Assembly: GCA_965655095.1 (NCBI GenBank)
Contig: OZ296648.1
Coordinates: forward strand, 49,414,001 to 49,478,000
From: Haplodiscus bocki
Lineage: Eukaryota
DNA length: 64,000 nucleotides
Reading direction: 5' to 3'
The notes under the pieces were generated by a model. The model searched no databases. It was not told where the DNA came from and saw only the letters and a list, made by a program, of their open reading frames with translations. This document shows positions 39,196-52,100 of this stretch, one piece after another. The translations under genes and the position numbers were made by a program. Numbering within the stretch: the first letter of the stretch is position 1; every line of letters begins with the position of its first letter.

Positions 39196-42100
39196 TGAGC
39201 TGTGGGCTTTTCCAAATGTTCTCAATAAAAATGAATCAGTGTTCGACTCCGTTGAGAACTTCTTGGTTGGTTTTGATACGCATGTTTTGACTCCGAAAAA
39301 GGGCCGGCATACTATTTAACGGATTGAGTTGATTCGTTGTCAGTAACGTCAAGTTACCAAAACTCAATTTCTAAAAAATTCCCTTTGTGCTGGTGAAAAA
39401 CTATGGCTTCTCAATTTCGTAGAAATTCGAAATGTCAGAACGCAATACTATGGTCTTTGGCACGGAAAATTTTTGAAAAAGCCTAAAGCCACCTTCCTGA
39501 TACAAGAACAAACAAGATTTTTTTGCAAGTTTTTTTTTGCTGGAAACTTCAAAATTAACAAACTCCGACATTGTTAACTTATTCATATAACCGTGCGCTT
39601 TATAAAAAAAATACAATTGTTTGGAAAAATTTCGAACACTTGAACTTTACATGGATACAACTAGCGCTTCCTCTCAAGTTTCTCTGATTGCCGTGACATC
39701 ATCCAAATCTACTGTTTGGTCCAACAAGTAAAGGCGATGTGTAAAAACTTTGGGTTGTTGTGGTCTTCGGAAACCAATAAATTACTTACACGAGATTTTC
39801 GCAAACGTTCTTTGAAGAAAACAGCTCAAAAAAATAATTTTTTTTGCGATAACGTTTGCCTCAGAAAAAAAACAAAAAATAAAGCATCAGAAAACGTATC
39901 TTCATCATAAACACAGAAGCTGTGATGTATAGTAGGTGTCCTCCTGGGCCTTTGTTTCCATCAACTAATTGCTTGATTGAAACCTTCAAAGTGCATTCAT
40001 TGCGCATGGATTTCTCCCAAATCACTGTTTGATGTCAGATGATGCATAGATTGGGTAGAAAAATTGTCAAGTTTAACCTATCTCGAAGTATGAGATTATA
40101 TATTTGAAGTTTGCGTTTGGGTTTTCGAAGTCCACGACTATTGGGCAAAAAATCAAGCCTCTCCGTTATCAACAGCTTTCCTGAATAGTTGTTTTTCACA
40201 TTCTCAGACACCATGAAAGTCCAACTTAGTCCTAGTTCTTTCCGTTCGATTGTTGAGGGTTTGATTTTTTTTTCAGCTGCGGCTGAAATTCAACTGTGGC
40301 CTGTTTTCGGCTCTTCTCGCAAAGTTTTCCGGATATTATGGTCTTCAATCTATACTGCATTTTTGTCAGGCAGATAGATCCTGAACGATTGTTTCAAAAT
40401 GTCCTCTGCTTAAGTAGTTAGTACGGGAAAGCATGATTTATAGGTATTTTTTGGAAAATACGCTTCAATTGTCAAGTTTTCATTGTTTTTTAGTTGTTCT
40501 TTTAGTAGTCCTTTAACATGTTGCCCATTGACAGCGCAAAATGTTCTCAAGGCTATTGGACAAACTTCGCGGCTTCGAGTTGGAAAATGATTTGAGTCCA
40601 AGTACTCGGATTTCTCCTTGGCCCTGGAAAACCAAACTCGAGTCACCGTTTTTGAGAATCACCCTCGGCAGCGGTTGTACGTGAGTGTGCAATGTAGCTT
40701 TGCTCACTTAAAGTTAGAGCTGGACACTGCTTTTCCCGGTTTTAGTAGGCTTTTTCAGAGAATTTAGAATGTATAGAAGTATCAAAAGCTCCGGAAAGCT
40801 TATACATTCTGTGATTTTGCTTCTTCAAAGTTTTGCAAATTAAATTGCTGTATTGCAGATTTCCGTGCTCTGTTGCAAGTCCAAAGCTGCGCTGCCTTGA
40901 AAATTTACGAAAGATAGTCTCTGTAACTAATTGTCACTGTTATTGACTGAGCCAATAAATGTCAAGATGCTTCAAACTTCGGTCAAAAGTAACATTCAGT
41001 GTACTCATTGAATAAGAAAAGTTTCGTTCAATTTTGCACCTTCACTTTTTGACGTCAAAATTTTCGGTCTGGGAGTTTAACCCTCCTCCTTGCCTTAATA
41101 CTAAAAATTTCGCTTGATATGGAGCTAGAAAATGAACCGAATTTGTCAGTAATTTTAGAAATCACTGAGCACCTAAACATTAACAATTGTCCCACGCATC
41201 TCAAATTTAAAATACAATTTTAGCATAAATTAGCAAAGCCCATGACTGTGACTCAATAATCTGAAATGCATTCATTCTGGGATCTAATGAGGAAAATCCT
41301 ATAGTAACTCAAAAAGATACTGCCGTTCTTTCAATAAAGAAAAAATCATTTTTTAATCAAGTAAATTAATTTCCTATCTAAACGACAAAAATTGCCAACC
41401 AATCTACATTTTTACTGACCACAGAATGTCTGGAAACTATTCGTCCACTCACAGAAAAATGTGGTTTTCGAAATTCAGCAAGCGAATACTAGTTTTGACT
41501 GGTTGATACGAAATTATAAACGTGCAAATGCATCAAATATTTGTAATTTAAAAGCTGGAGATAATTTAATCAGCATCATTTTTCTGAAAAATATTTGATT
41601 TTACAGCCCTCATTCATTCAACAATGTTTGAAGTATTACTAATTGGGTAAAGAACAAGCATTAAAATTAATATTCGCAAGTTGGTTAATCTGGGTTGCTT
41701 TCGGTCATAGAGCTATTTATTCAGTCTGTCGTCTGGTACGGGGGCAATATTTTACATCGCGAAGTCCGACACATCATTCTTCTAGATGCATTGATGCAGC
41801 GACTTCAGCAAGGCTCACCAGCATCTTAAATAGGCTCAAAGTAGAATTCTTCAAGTCTATTTGATTACCTTTCAATTTGATTACCTCATTTTCCGACTCG
41901 TACAAAAGAACTATTTTGAATGAAATTTTGGAAGATCCAAAGATAAAACGTAACATAAATATTTTTATTTAGTCACGTTTTTGCGTCACGAAAAAGCTCT
42001 AAATATCTCTTGAAAGACTCGTAAAATGTTCAAGATTTTTCATAGGCCTTTTTCGCACAAGGATTAAAAAATTGAACTATTATAGACTGTTCAGATGGAA

Positions 42101-42274
42101 CTTTACCAACTTAAGTGCAACAACATGGCCCTTAGCATTCCAGCAATATGATTTTCGAACGGACAACAGGCTCTAGTTGAAGGTAAGCGTAAATTGTAAC
42201 TTCATTGCCACAATTCGCATTCCTGTCACTTCCATCTATTTCCACTGCAAGGGCTACAATAAGGGAGTAAAATG

Positions 42275-42680
42275 AACAAGCTGCGAACATCTCAGTCGGT
42301 GCAGCGCATCAGTAGTCAGTCGCAAAAATTTCGGTAAACCGTAGGGGAGGGGGTATCACAAAAACACAGAAAAATTCCGAATAAATTCGTAGGGAAGGGG
42401 CTTTGGTTTTTCGGAAAAATTCTGGTACTAAAAATTTTTATGCATCAAAGGGGGTACCAAAATTTTTCATCGATTTGTCTCAGTACCGAAAAACTTCACA
42501 GTAGAACCTTTTGAGTTTCTGAGATCTTGCTTGATTTTGTTTTGTACTATACTGGTATGCTATAAATAGGGCAAAAAGAAGACTCGGTTGGGTCGAGAAT
42601 AGAAAAGTGGACAATTCGTAGTGATTTTAAAAGAAGTCAATACAAGAGTCGGCTCTTTCTACGAAAGCGCCGACTAAAAA
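42275..42680. mobile_element. Short non-autonomous HINE/DINE-1-like element
   Basis: AACAAG start, subterminal AGTCGGTGC near 42294, and terminal hairpin AGTCGGC-T-CTTTC-TAC-GAAAG-C-GCCGACT (42647-42675) followed by AAAAA. Confidence 0.7.
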
Positions 42681-42958
42681 TTATTTTGGTTTTAAAAATT
42701 CGACCCCAAAAATTATACGCTTGCTACATTTTTACAAAGAACAATAATTTGTTTTCACTTTGAAGTTTGCTATTTCGAAACAAAATACTACGCTTCACGA
42801 ACCAAAAATGGTAATATTGAACAACAGAACAAATGGATAACATTACCTGAATGAAAGACAAGTCTTTCCACATCTGTGCAATACTTTCATTGCCAGCTCC
42901 CAGCGAAGGTGAAAGTATCTACAGCAAAGAAAGTTACCAGAGGCGAGGGTGCCAAGTT

Positions 42959-43150
42959 TTAGAATGAAACAACAACGTCATCAATATTTGCTCCCGGCTC
43001 TGTATTAGAACTATCAGCAAAGTGTGAGATACCCGATGTGACGTCATTTTCTTCATCAGCCGAATTTAGGCTGCTCTCATAGGGATATACCCATTTTGTG
43101 ATCGCATTCGTACCATCGTCCAACTGGATTACTTCAATATCCGAAAACTC
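42959..43150 (-). CDS. HENMT1: HEN1 probable last coding exon (EFSDIEVIQL...DDVVVSF*)
   Basis: Acceptor gtgttttctag|, open for 63 codons to TAA at 42961-42959; acidic tail. Supported by phase and splice sites only, with no conserved motif. Confidence 0.7.
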   Translation of the reverse strand, partial: EFSDIEVIQLDDGTNAITKWVYPYESSLNSADEENDVTSGISHFADSSNTEPGANIDDVVVSF

Positions 43151-46100
43151 CTAGAAAACACAGCTGATATAAATCCAACATATTTATTCAAAGTAATTTT
43201 GGTCAAAACTTTGCTCTCAAGATATTAGCTGGAAAATTACGGACCACTAGTTTTCGCTGACCCACTAAGGGAACTGGTTACCGGTTAATTTAAGGTGAAT
43301 TTCTAGGCAGGTCTTACGCTTAGTTTAGAGGAAAACGGAATCTACTCAGCGAAATTACCAGGTATCCATCGAAGAATTTGCGATTCATTAACTTTGAAGT
43401 AAAAGTACCCATTTGTCACGACTAAAGGCCAACGAGGAACTAAGAACTTAAATTTGACATCATTTTTCCATTTTCCCAATAATCACATTGATATTATAGA
43501 ATTTCATTTTCATATGATATCAAAAGTTCGAATCTATTTCAAGTGTATTTATAAATGGAGGGTCTGAGGTTGTGATAGTATAATACCGTGAATACAACTC
43601 AAACTATTTCTGCCAAAATACTAATCACTTCGAGGCAAATTCGATATGATTTGCAACACACTGAATATTTACTGAGCCTTTTATTATGATGAAAACTTCA
43701 TTGTAACCGAAATTATTCTAACCAAATGAGCAATTCCGTCGGTGATAACTTTCAGAAGCATGCTACTTTCTGCGTCAACTAGATCTCTCAGGAGTGGAAA
43801 TTCAAGGAATTTATCGAGTGGTATCTCCACTTTGCGGGAAATACCTGTCATGTCACATGTCAGCTGAGCTTCAGTCGTTAATCTTCCCAGCACGTAATGA
43901 AGTTCGTCCACGATCCGGGTAGTAATATTTCTTGAATCGTAAGGGTAAAATTCGTCAAACACTGAAATACGTTTGGGTATGCTTTTTGGAATTCACATTC
44001 ACGGGGGCATGAACTGCCGATTCCGCTTTCCATAATTTCTGAAGGGTTACAAAGTCCGGTTGATAGATGCATTTTTCAATTTCGCGAGGGTACAATAAAA
44101 ACCGGAATATTTAACCTGTTTCATAACACTCCCCATCAGATGTGACACACTTGCTGCTGCTGTGGCTTTTTGAGGGTATCACCTCCGTTACTTTGGTGAA
44201 AACTGCCATTTGTGAGCAACCACCTGTAGTGTTGTCTCGGTCTTCTTTTGTTTGGAAGTCCAGAAAACCTGTTACAAAACAGAAAAAGATTGCTGACGCG
44301 TTTCTCAAAATCCAAATCTCGCAACGTATGCGTTTTACTGGTTAACAACCAACACCAACCAAGAGTAACTTTGCAAGCGAGAAATTTGATCCACCACAGA
44401 GAAATTTTGTTCTATTTTTGAAACCTACAGGGAACATCAACTGGCGATAAAGATTGGAGAACAAGTTGATTTGCTAACAAAGCAAAATATGTTACAATGA
44501 TAGTTTAGAAATTCTACCTCGTTTTTAAATAGTAATCATTAAGGATTTTTACCAATTTGTGTGAATTCGACGTTATATCCATAAATTTCACAACAAGAAT
44601 CGCACCATTGTCTGAACTGTTCTCTGCTCCACTCGAACTTATGGTCAGGATGACGCATTTGACCTGGTGCGAAATCAAAGTATTTGTTGAATTCAGCATT
44701 TGGAGTTGTTATAACAACTACCTGAAACAAAATAGAATTTTAAAGTAAGGAAATAGATAGTATGTTTTTTTCGAATGAACCTCTCCGCCTTCAATTTTTC
44801 GAAGGTAATTCCAGACGTAGCTCACAAGGAATCAAATCAAATTAATTCAATAAAACTTCACTCAATTTGATACTTTTCCTCAAGTTTATACAAGCAGAAC
44901 CTAGCGTTGGCTCAAAATGATGAAATAATCAGATGAGCTGCGAGATCTTCATATAAAAAGGACTTTCGGACACGTCGAATAACTTGCTTAGTTCTTAATT
45001 TCTGTGAGCCCTAGATAGATCGGAAGGTTGGGGGCAAATTTCGATAAGAGAAAATAGTGAGGGGAGGACGGGGGGAGTGGGTTACCTGCAGATTCGATTA
45101 GTCTTGGACTTCTTTGATAACTTCGATCAATGCAACGTTGAACAATTAGATCTTACAGTCAATCATACAGTAATACGGTTTTGAGTGTCGATAAAGAATA
45201 ATTCCAGTTGAGACGTAAAGAATTTTTCACTTTGAGTTTGATTTTGAGCTCTTGACGAAACCAAACTTGACATGAAGTCACATTGAACCACTTGTTGGAA
45301 CCGGTAAACACGAGAGCTTGAACAGATCGTGAAATGTTTGATCGTCAAACAGGATTTCGTCGTAGAGATCTATACCTCAAAATTAAGACAACTTTTTCAA
45401 CAAAAAAAAGTTTCAACTGTCCGATTTTCAAAGTAAATGAAGACCATGAGACACTAGCCGTGCAGTTCCCATTAAATTATTCAAAATACTGACATTGAAT
45501 ACTGGGACAGCATTTGATGAAACTTGAGACAAATTTGTTCCTCTGATTATGTCAATGAAAGCCGTTTGGTATGTGATCTAACCCTGGGTTTTATGAATCC
45601 AAAGACGGTTTGTGGGAATGCTTCCAAAACATTTTTATGCAGATGTTCGATGAGTTCAATGGCAGAAACCATGCCGATATTTTGTAATCTTTCATCTTTT
45701 TTAGACACACAGCCCGCAAGTAACTGGACTCTCAGCTGTACACTTCGAGGCTTCACAAAAAACTCGTGCATCATTGGCTTAGCTCGATAGCTGAAACAAT
45801 CCAATAGCCGATACACAGAACTTTGATCAAATGCACCACCCGAAACGAATTTGTTTCGTTTTTCATCAATTTTTCCACATTTACCAATGAATGTGAGCCA
45901 GACCCTGGAAATTGATTGATAGCAATAGATTTTATCAAAACAGTATTGCCGTTATACTGATTCAAACTTTTGAATGTAGTTGCGAAAACTCTTCACAAGC
46001 TATTTTTTGTTGGTTCCAAGTACCAATTCTTTTTCATTGTCGAAAATCAATTACTTCCACCAATATCCAGAATAAATAATTCGCCATTATAGTGAAGAAC

Positions 46101-49100
46101 GTGAGCGATAGTTTAAAAGAGAATTGCATGAAACACTTTTGCCACTTTATGCTATTCGGAATTCAGGAGCTAAATTCGGAATCCCTAGATAAACGGTTCG
46201 CGTTTGGATACAACTCTTCATTTTTCATTTTCGTCTAGTTCAGTTGCGTCTAGCCACTTCATTAGTTGGACAGTTTTTAATAGGCGTTTTATCAAACAAA
46301 AAGCTGGAATGTTAGTAATTCTTTAAAGATAACTAAAGGACCAGTTTTGCGCAAATTTACTCATTTTTGTAAGCAAAAATAGCATAAATTACTGTCTACG
46401 TGGTCTAGTCCGTAAGACAATGGTTTAGAATTTGGATGCTGCGTTTACGAATCCCAACTTTAACTATCAACATTGATGTTTAGAACAATTTCGACATTAT
46501 GCAGTCTACCGTCCTTTTTGAAAAAAAAATTGGATTTTTTGAAACCTCCTATGCATCGCCCATCTTGCTAAAAAAAGACTAAAAACAAACACTTCCAAAA
46601 TTCCCCGAATACATACACCCAAAAAGTTTAGACAAAACATTTGCGACAAGCGGGCCATGCCGACTTTGGGCCTTCTCGGCTTGTTCTAAAAAGCACCGAC
46701 TAGAAGCAGCTAACAAATAGCAGATGAAAAGAGTATTCCCATGACATAAGGGTTCAAACTGTCCCCTCAAACCAAGCACTGGTGTACTGCGTGGATTCTC
46801 AACACTTGATACACACGAACGGCGTAGAAATGACGTTGAACAGCAACTGTCTCAATGAACCCCAAAATTTCACGTTTGGAGAAAGACGGCAATGGAGATT
46901 ACGTACACTAAGCTCGTGTGCCGAATGGACGCTCGCCTCAATCTGTGCACCAACGTCATGAAGAAAATAGAACGAAGAAAAAGGAGTTCTAAACGAAGTG
47001 AGGCAATTTTGGCATCAGTTCCCCCGAAACATGCAAGACAAAGGGGATGTGGAATTTCGCAACACGTTGTCTCGCCAGTTGAGATCACAGAATGTGACAG
47101 ACCTTTGACACCATGATCGAAAAGGTGATATATCTTTGGAATCAAGAGATCAGCTGCCAATGAAGCGTTTTTCTGTTCGAAAAAATCGAAAGGAGACAAG
47201 TACCTGCCACAGTGTCGCATACTCAAACACTTGCTTAATGACGCCATTTCACAGCCCAATCTTCAAGAAAATGCACATTTTACAGCGCAAAAACAAAAAG
47301 ATACCTGCCACGCTGCCTCAAGTTCTAAATCTTGATATGTCATATAACTTTTAGGACATAAATATACCTTTCAAGACGCTGACGTTCATTTTTCAGACCA
47401 ATGTTTTGAAAAATTGGCACTTTCTAGAACGCAAAAATAAACCAAGAGCTGCTGAATGCTTGAAACGATTGATTATGACCATCTACACTACACCAATCGA
47501 TTCCCTCACGACGTCAAAATAATGCAAATTATGAACAAAATGATAAAAACTGGCCAGAAGCCTTTTCTAATACACATCCTTCTATAGAATTCTCTAGAGC
47601 TTATGAAATTTGTTGGAAACTTGAAAATGTAGAATTGTTATGTGGACCTTAGAGAAGAGAAAGTTGGGAGACGAGAATGTGTAGAGTTGAACACAGATTC
47701 AGTGTGTGTTAGGGGAAGGTTGCACAGGCAACGAACAAATGGCCCGCTCATCAGTCAGCCCATATATCCGTTTCTTAATGTGAGTTTGACAAGCTAGCCC
47801 GTCTGACTATTTTATATTTTGTTCAGCTGATCCGTGGAAGCCCGGTGGACAGCTGTTTTGAAACCCTTATTCCCTGTCGATACCTTACAGTCGTTGTGCG
47901 AAAGTTGTCAAATCCGACAGCTCGGCTTTATAGCTTTTAACATTAAAAATCTGTTACCACTAGTCGTAAATTAGACCATTTAGATAATGCAAATTAAATT
48001 TCCGAAAAGTCTCTGATGTTTTCTATATTGTTCTTCTTCGCACGGAACTAGCCTAAAAATCTAAAACAAGTACAAAACATGAGCCACTGCTGAAGAGTTA
48101 AGCCTTTGACAAAAGCTACTCAAGTAACTAGAGGAAAATGTAAGTTTGCTAACTGTTCACGAAGCTGAGCATGTCTGCGGCTTCACAACCTCACTTTAAG
48201 AAGTTTTGGGGGATTCAGGGTTTTTCATAATACGATGAGTACGTTGTAGCCTCAAACTCAGCCAGAGGTCCTTCCTGATATAGGTTAAACAACAGATTCA
48301 GTTCGCGAAACCTCATCAATTCCATCGAAGCTCCATGGGGGCAATGTTAGATAGTCGTTCAGTTGTACAAGTTTAAGACGCCTAGTTTGCAGCATTCTAG
48401 GACAAGTTGACTTTCTCGATTAGAGACGTGATGTTTCCACTGTCTCCCCAACACTTCCAATAAACACAGCTTTTGGACAGGCGTATTAAGTCGGCTTCTC
48501 ATATAATCAGCAGCTTCCTCAACTTTGCGACGGTCGTTGAGACTCTGTTAGCGCTGATTGGCTGTATTCCTCCGGAGCTAAAGCTGGTCACCGACGAGCT
48601 CAATTTTTTTTCGCCAGAGTATTTTGTTTTTTTTTAGGGCTTCAATTTGGTAATGAAGGCTGTATTGTTCCATCATCTAAGCAGCATTTTTCTCTCCCCT
48701 CGCCGTCTACTCCGTTTGGCCGATACCAGCCCTTTTCCTCATGGACACTTAATGTCAACAGCGGGAACCTTGCGTGCTTTGCTGAGTAACCCATTCAGCC
48801 GTTATACTTCAGCCTGAACTGCTGACTTCACAGAAAACCTCAGGCAAACAGCGGATGTCTTCAATTGTGAGATACATGCTTGAAACACAGTAGCACCGAC
48901 AATCTGGAAAATCAGACACACGAAAGAGAAATTTCAACAGAAATGAGCTCGTTCTTTTCAATTTGCTTCTTCTTTGAAGGTATAAGAGATGATAATGAGA
49001 TTATCCTTAGAGCAAAACCCGCTTACTTCGGGAGCTGTCGACTGACAAAAATTTTTCAATTATTTCAATTCCAGAGAAGCAGAAGCCCACCTCTTTCTCA

Positions 49101-52100
49101 ATTAGAAAGTGGTCACTTTTATTTTTTCAACCTTCATTAAGTGTATCACGCCATACCGTCTTCTTAAACAATTTGAGAGCAACACAGCACAAATTCATTC
49201 AAGTTACTCGTTACTTTTCCCAGACAGTTCCTCCTCAGCTCTCGCTACACTATGAATTCGCCTTCTTATCGTTCAATATCGAGTACGCGCTGTGTATGGT
49301 TTTAAAATGCTTCTCAAAACCCCGACATCTCGATCGGTCAAAGCAGTCATACTTGTCTATTATGGGTCTAATGGATTCGACCTGAGCTTCTGCGGTCACG
49401 AAAACAATCTAGTGAGGAGTAAAGGGACGTTGCAAGAGCCTTTTTTTACTTGAGTTCAGAAATGAATTTCACGTGACTCTTGCTCTGCCCCTTCATTATA
49501 CACTAGCACGCACTGCTTCTAAGCCCTCTCTCAATCGTCAAACTTTTTCCCGTTGAACTCTGACATTGAACTCAAGCTTCTGCATCGGGCGGTGTTGTTG
49601 TTCACTTTCTACATTGATGTGGACGTCAGCGGAATTTGATTGCTTTTTCAGTTCGTCCTTCTTCAGTTCAAATAATTCCAATGCCCTTGCCGAAGCCAGA
49701 TCATTTGCTGGTTCAAAAGTCAGCTCTACCTTGAATTTTTGCAAGACAGATTGCATTTTCAGGGTAACGCTCCGATGCCTGTAAATGAATCTTTGTACTC
49801 TGCAGAGCCCCTGACCCGCTTGAAACTTTATTTGATAGATTTTAGTAAGTTCATAAGCATGTTCATATTTGGATTTATCAGCCACCTCTGAACATATTTT
49901 TTCTGGAAAAGAAAGACATAGTTTTCATTTCTCCTCCACATTGCCAAGCTCTTGATATTTTGCAATCATGCTAAAGTCGTTTTTGTGAACACTTCTACTC
50001 TGTTTCAATTCTCTAACTTCTGTCACATATAAATCTAACTGGCAAAACGGATTATAAGGCTGTACCGCGATAAAGGATTTTGTTCGTAGCTGCTTGAGTT
50101 TGATAAAAAGTTTCATTAGAAAGTGTAGTAGCGTACCTAGTAACGTCAGACTGAGAACTGTTAGTGATCTCCCTGGCTGTCCTTAAAAGCAACAGAACAA
50201 CAGTTTCCGCGATTCAAAAAATCTTTATCTGGTGCCAGCTGAAACCTAGCGGTCGATGCAGGAAATAAGGTGGAAATACTCTTCGTGGGAAAATTCACCT
50301 CATGAAATGCGTTATATCCTAGAATCCCTAGCTCGACTATTCTTCCAGCGCTCTTCCATAGTGATTAACCCATTTCCTTCCAGCCCAATTAACTCGTATG
50401 GTCTCGTCCCGCTTCTAATCACATTAGAATTGACGCTGTTGGTCCTATAGGAGGTAGCTCTATGTTTTCACCATACGTAATCTATTCACCTCGTGAAGCG
50501 CGCCATATACAAGAAGCTCAATCTCAACTACTCTGCAAGCAATCTTCTACAGTGAATTCTCCATTTGTTTCCAGCCCAATGAACTCGTATGGTCTCATCT
50601 TGCTTCTAATCACATTACAATTGATATTGTCTCCATCTTTTCACCATAAGTTATCCATTCTCCACTTGGATTATATCGAATCAAATATAGATAGTTGGTT
50701 ACACGCCATAATTATGAAATCTGATTGAGATACTTCAAAAATATGGTTGATGTATTTCAAAACTGCTTGCTCGTTAGGTCTCAATCGAACAAGTACTTCT
50801 TCCGTGCAAAAAAAGTTTTCAAGTATTGAAACCTCATCTTTGAACATCTTTGAAGATAGACTACACGATCTGCTCTTTCTAAGTTTATAGCCTATGCAGC
50901 TACACCAAACACAACACAGTCGAACTTGAAGATAGCGAGAGCTTGATTTAAGTCCTCAACTGATCCATATCCGTATTCCATAAATCTGGGAACTCCTTTC
51001 TATCCAAATATCTTCCATCTCCAGTTAGCCCAACGAAATAACTAGTGCCAACTACTTTAGATGAACAGTGAACGGTCAACTCACTGAATTCCACTCTAGT
51101 TACATCCAGTACCTCGAAACTGATGTACATATTCAGGACAAAAATTGGAAAACGCTTTCATTGCCACCAGTATAAGGTGTCAAATTGTCATTTCCGACGG
51201 CAAAAACGTTTGACATTGACTTGAACTAACGAAATCCATTAGTGCAGCTGCTTCTTGATATTTGAATTTTTCGTACTTCCTGTTCTTCAGTCAAGGTCAA
51301 AACTTTCCACCATAGTCACTGTTGTGTTGTAAGTCAGGGAAACAACAACATCGTCCTCAAAGTCATCCACACTGTCGATCCTAGAATCTTGAGTCGCAAA
51401 CTGATTCCGACAAGTGAACAAAAACACCGGGCTTTCCATTTAATTCGATGTCATTTGCTTCTACTGAAGGAAATCTTCCTTCGATAAGAAGAACCACCAG
51501 TTGTACCCCTCATAGGCGGGGTCCATTCAGCAGGGCGAACCAACTTCAAGACCCTTCTGCTTCTACAGAAAGCCGCTGAGTAATCCGACGTCTCAGTTGC
51601 TTCCGCGTCGGCCTGCACGACTTTGTTTATGTCGGCCGAACCAAATTCAAACTCTTCTTTACCAAAACCCAGTAACTTCAATGCCTCCCTGCCCCGCCAG
51701 ATTGACACTTTCGAACTGGTGATAACGTTGGTAACTTTTTAGGTCGGTCATCATACACTTTGAGTTTCCGTCTGTGGTCTAGTACTAACATTCTCAATTG
51801 AATTTCAGAATTTCCAACATGAAGCAGAATTGTGGCCTCTGTTACATTGGTCCAGCGTGTCGAGTCTTGAAAGGATTGCTATTTATTACTAAATGAGAGC
51901 ACCGAGTTCGTGACAACGCTCGAAGTTACATCCCACTTTTTAAAATTCTGCACTCAATGGGCCCCGCAATATATTGAGAAAATCAAAGAAACGTTTACAT
52001 TAAATGTTCATGAACTCTTCTTTTTTCAGTGTTAGTTGTCACTTGCTTCTTGCAACAAAACCAAACAATCGTCATCGATAGTGTCGTCTTCATTCTAAAT

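Noticed and set aside
43878-44072. Alternative HEN1 exon 5 from the acceptor at ~44039 (EIMESGIG...)
   Set aside because: It leads to a premature stop at 43878 and loses the conserved VF..YP motif obtained with the 43961 acceptor.
47720-47765. Hammerhead ribozyme cores (CTGATGA at ~47749-47755 minus, 23046, 36899, 60284)
   Set aside because: None has a stem II followed by GAAA and a pairing stem III/I in hammerhead topology.
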